DNA of 63,294 bases, the filler included, from Octopus bimaculoides (lineage: Eukaryota), in NCBI RefSeq assembly GCF_001194135.2. It is 5 parts of 5 records of this genome, joined end to end, with 100 filler letters (N's around TTAATTAATTAA, not from the genome) between each part and the next. Parts side by side here need not be neighbours in the genome. Positions count along the whole stretch, not along the records: positions 60,439 to 63,294 come from NC_068991.1; 4 more parts are not named here. One strand, written 5' to 3'. Positions 63,116 to 63,294 of the stretch are shown here, piece by piece. Under the pieces are notes generated by a model. That model was not told the origin of the DNA. It saw nothing but the letters and a program-made list of their open reading frames with translations, and searched no databases. The translations under genes were made by a program, and so were the position numbers. Each line of letters begins with the position of its first letter. Within the stretch, counting starts at the first letter, position 1.

Positions 63116-63294
63116 AATGCTTCCAGTGCTGCAAATGCATAAGAATCTTAGGTCTAAATATGCGGCTTAATACATTTCTATGTAAATGAACGAAAAGGCT
63201 CTTGTGAAGATAACGGATGTAAAACAGTTCACGAGACTATTATTTATAGTCAGGCAAAGTTAAATTAAGCTTCACAGAGTGAAGAAACGTTATA

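Overview
This is eukaryotic, AT-rich, repeat-dense genomic DNA from a draft assembly with many N gaps. It is most likely an octopus (coleoid cephalopod), judged from tRNA-derived SINE families resembling the octopus OK/OR1/OR2 elements and the extreme microsatellite load. It contains no prokaryotic genes, CRISPR arrays or intact tRNA/rRNA genes, and almost all supplied ORFs are microsatellite or gap artefacts. Supportable content: (1) dozens of SINE copies from at least four families; (2) decayed fragments of Penelope-like (RT and GIY-YIG), R4/Dong, CR1, RTE and Tx1-like retroelements, two mariner fragments, MITEs and HINE/DINE-1-like elements; (3) a phase-consistent chain of small minus-strand exons (52126 to 37568, including a 13-nt microexon) encoding an unrecognised protein C-terminus, plus weaker exon candidates at 6-26 kb (minus) and 27-34 kb (plus). 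The most interesting signal is a set of hammerhead-ribozyme-like motifs in unrelated repeats with non-canonical cores: a U3-A8 covariant motif capping a 142-nt rod-like hairpin (18300-18441), a G3-C8 covariant motif (58137-58187) and an A6-to-U pair (1698-2499). Also notable are two locally generated fold-back palindromes beside the microexon and a CpG-depleted domain at about 29.4-58 kb. Gene models and family names come from manual reading and memory, not database searches.
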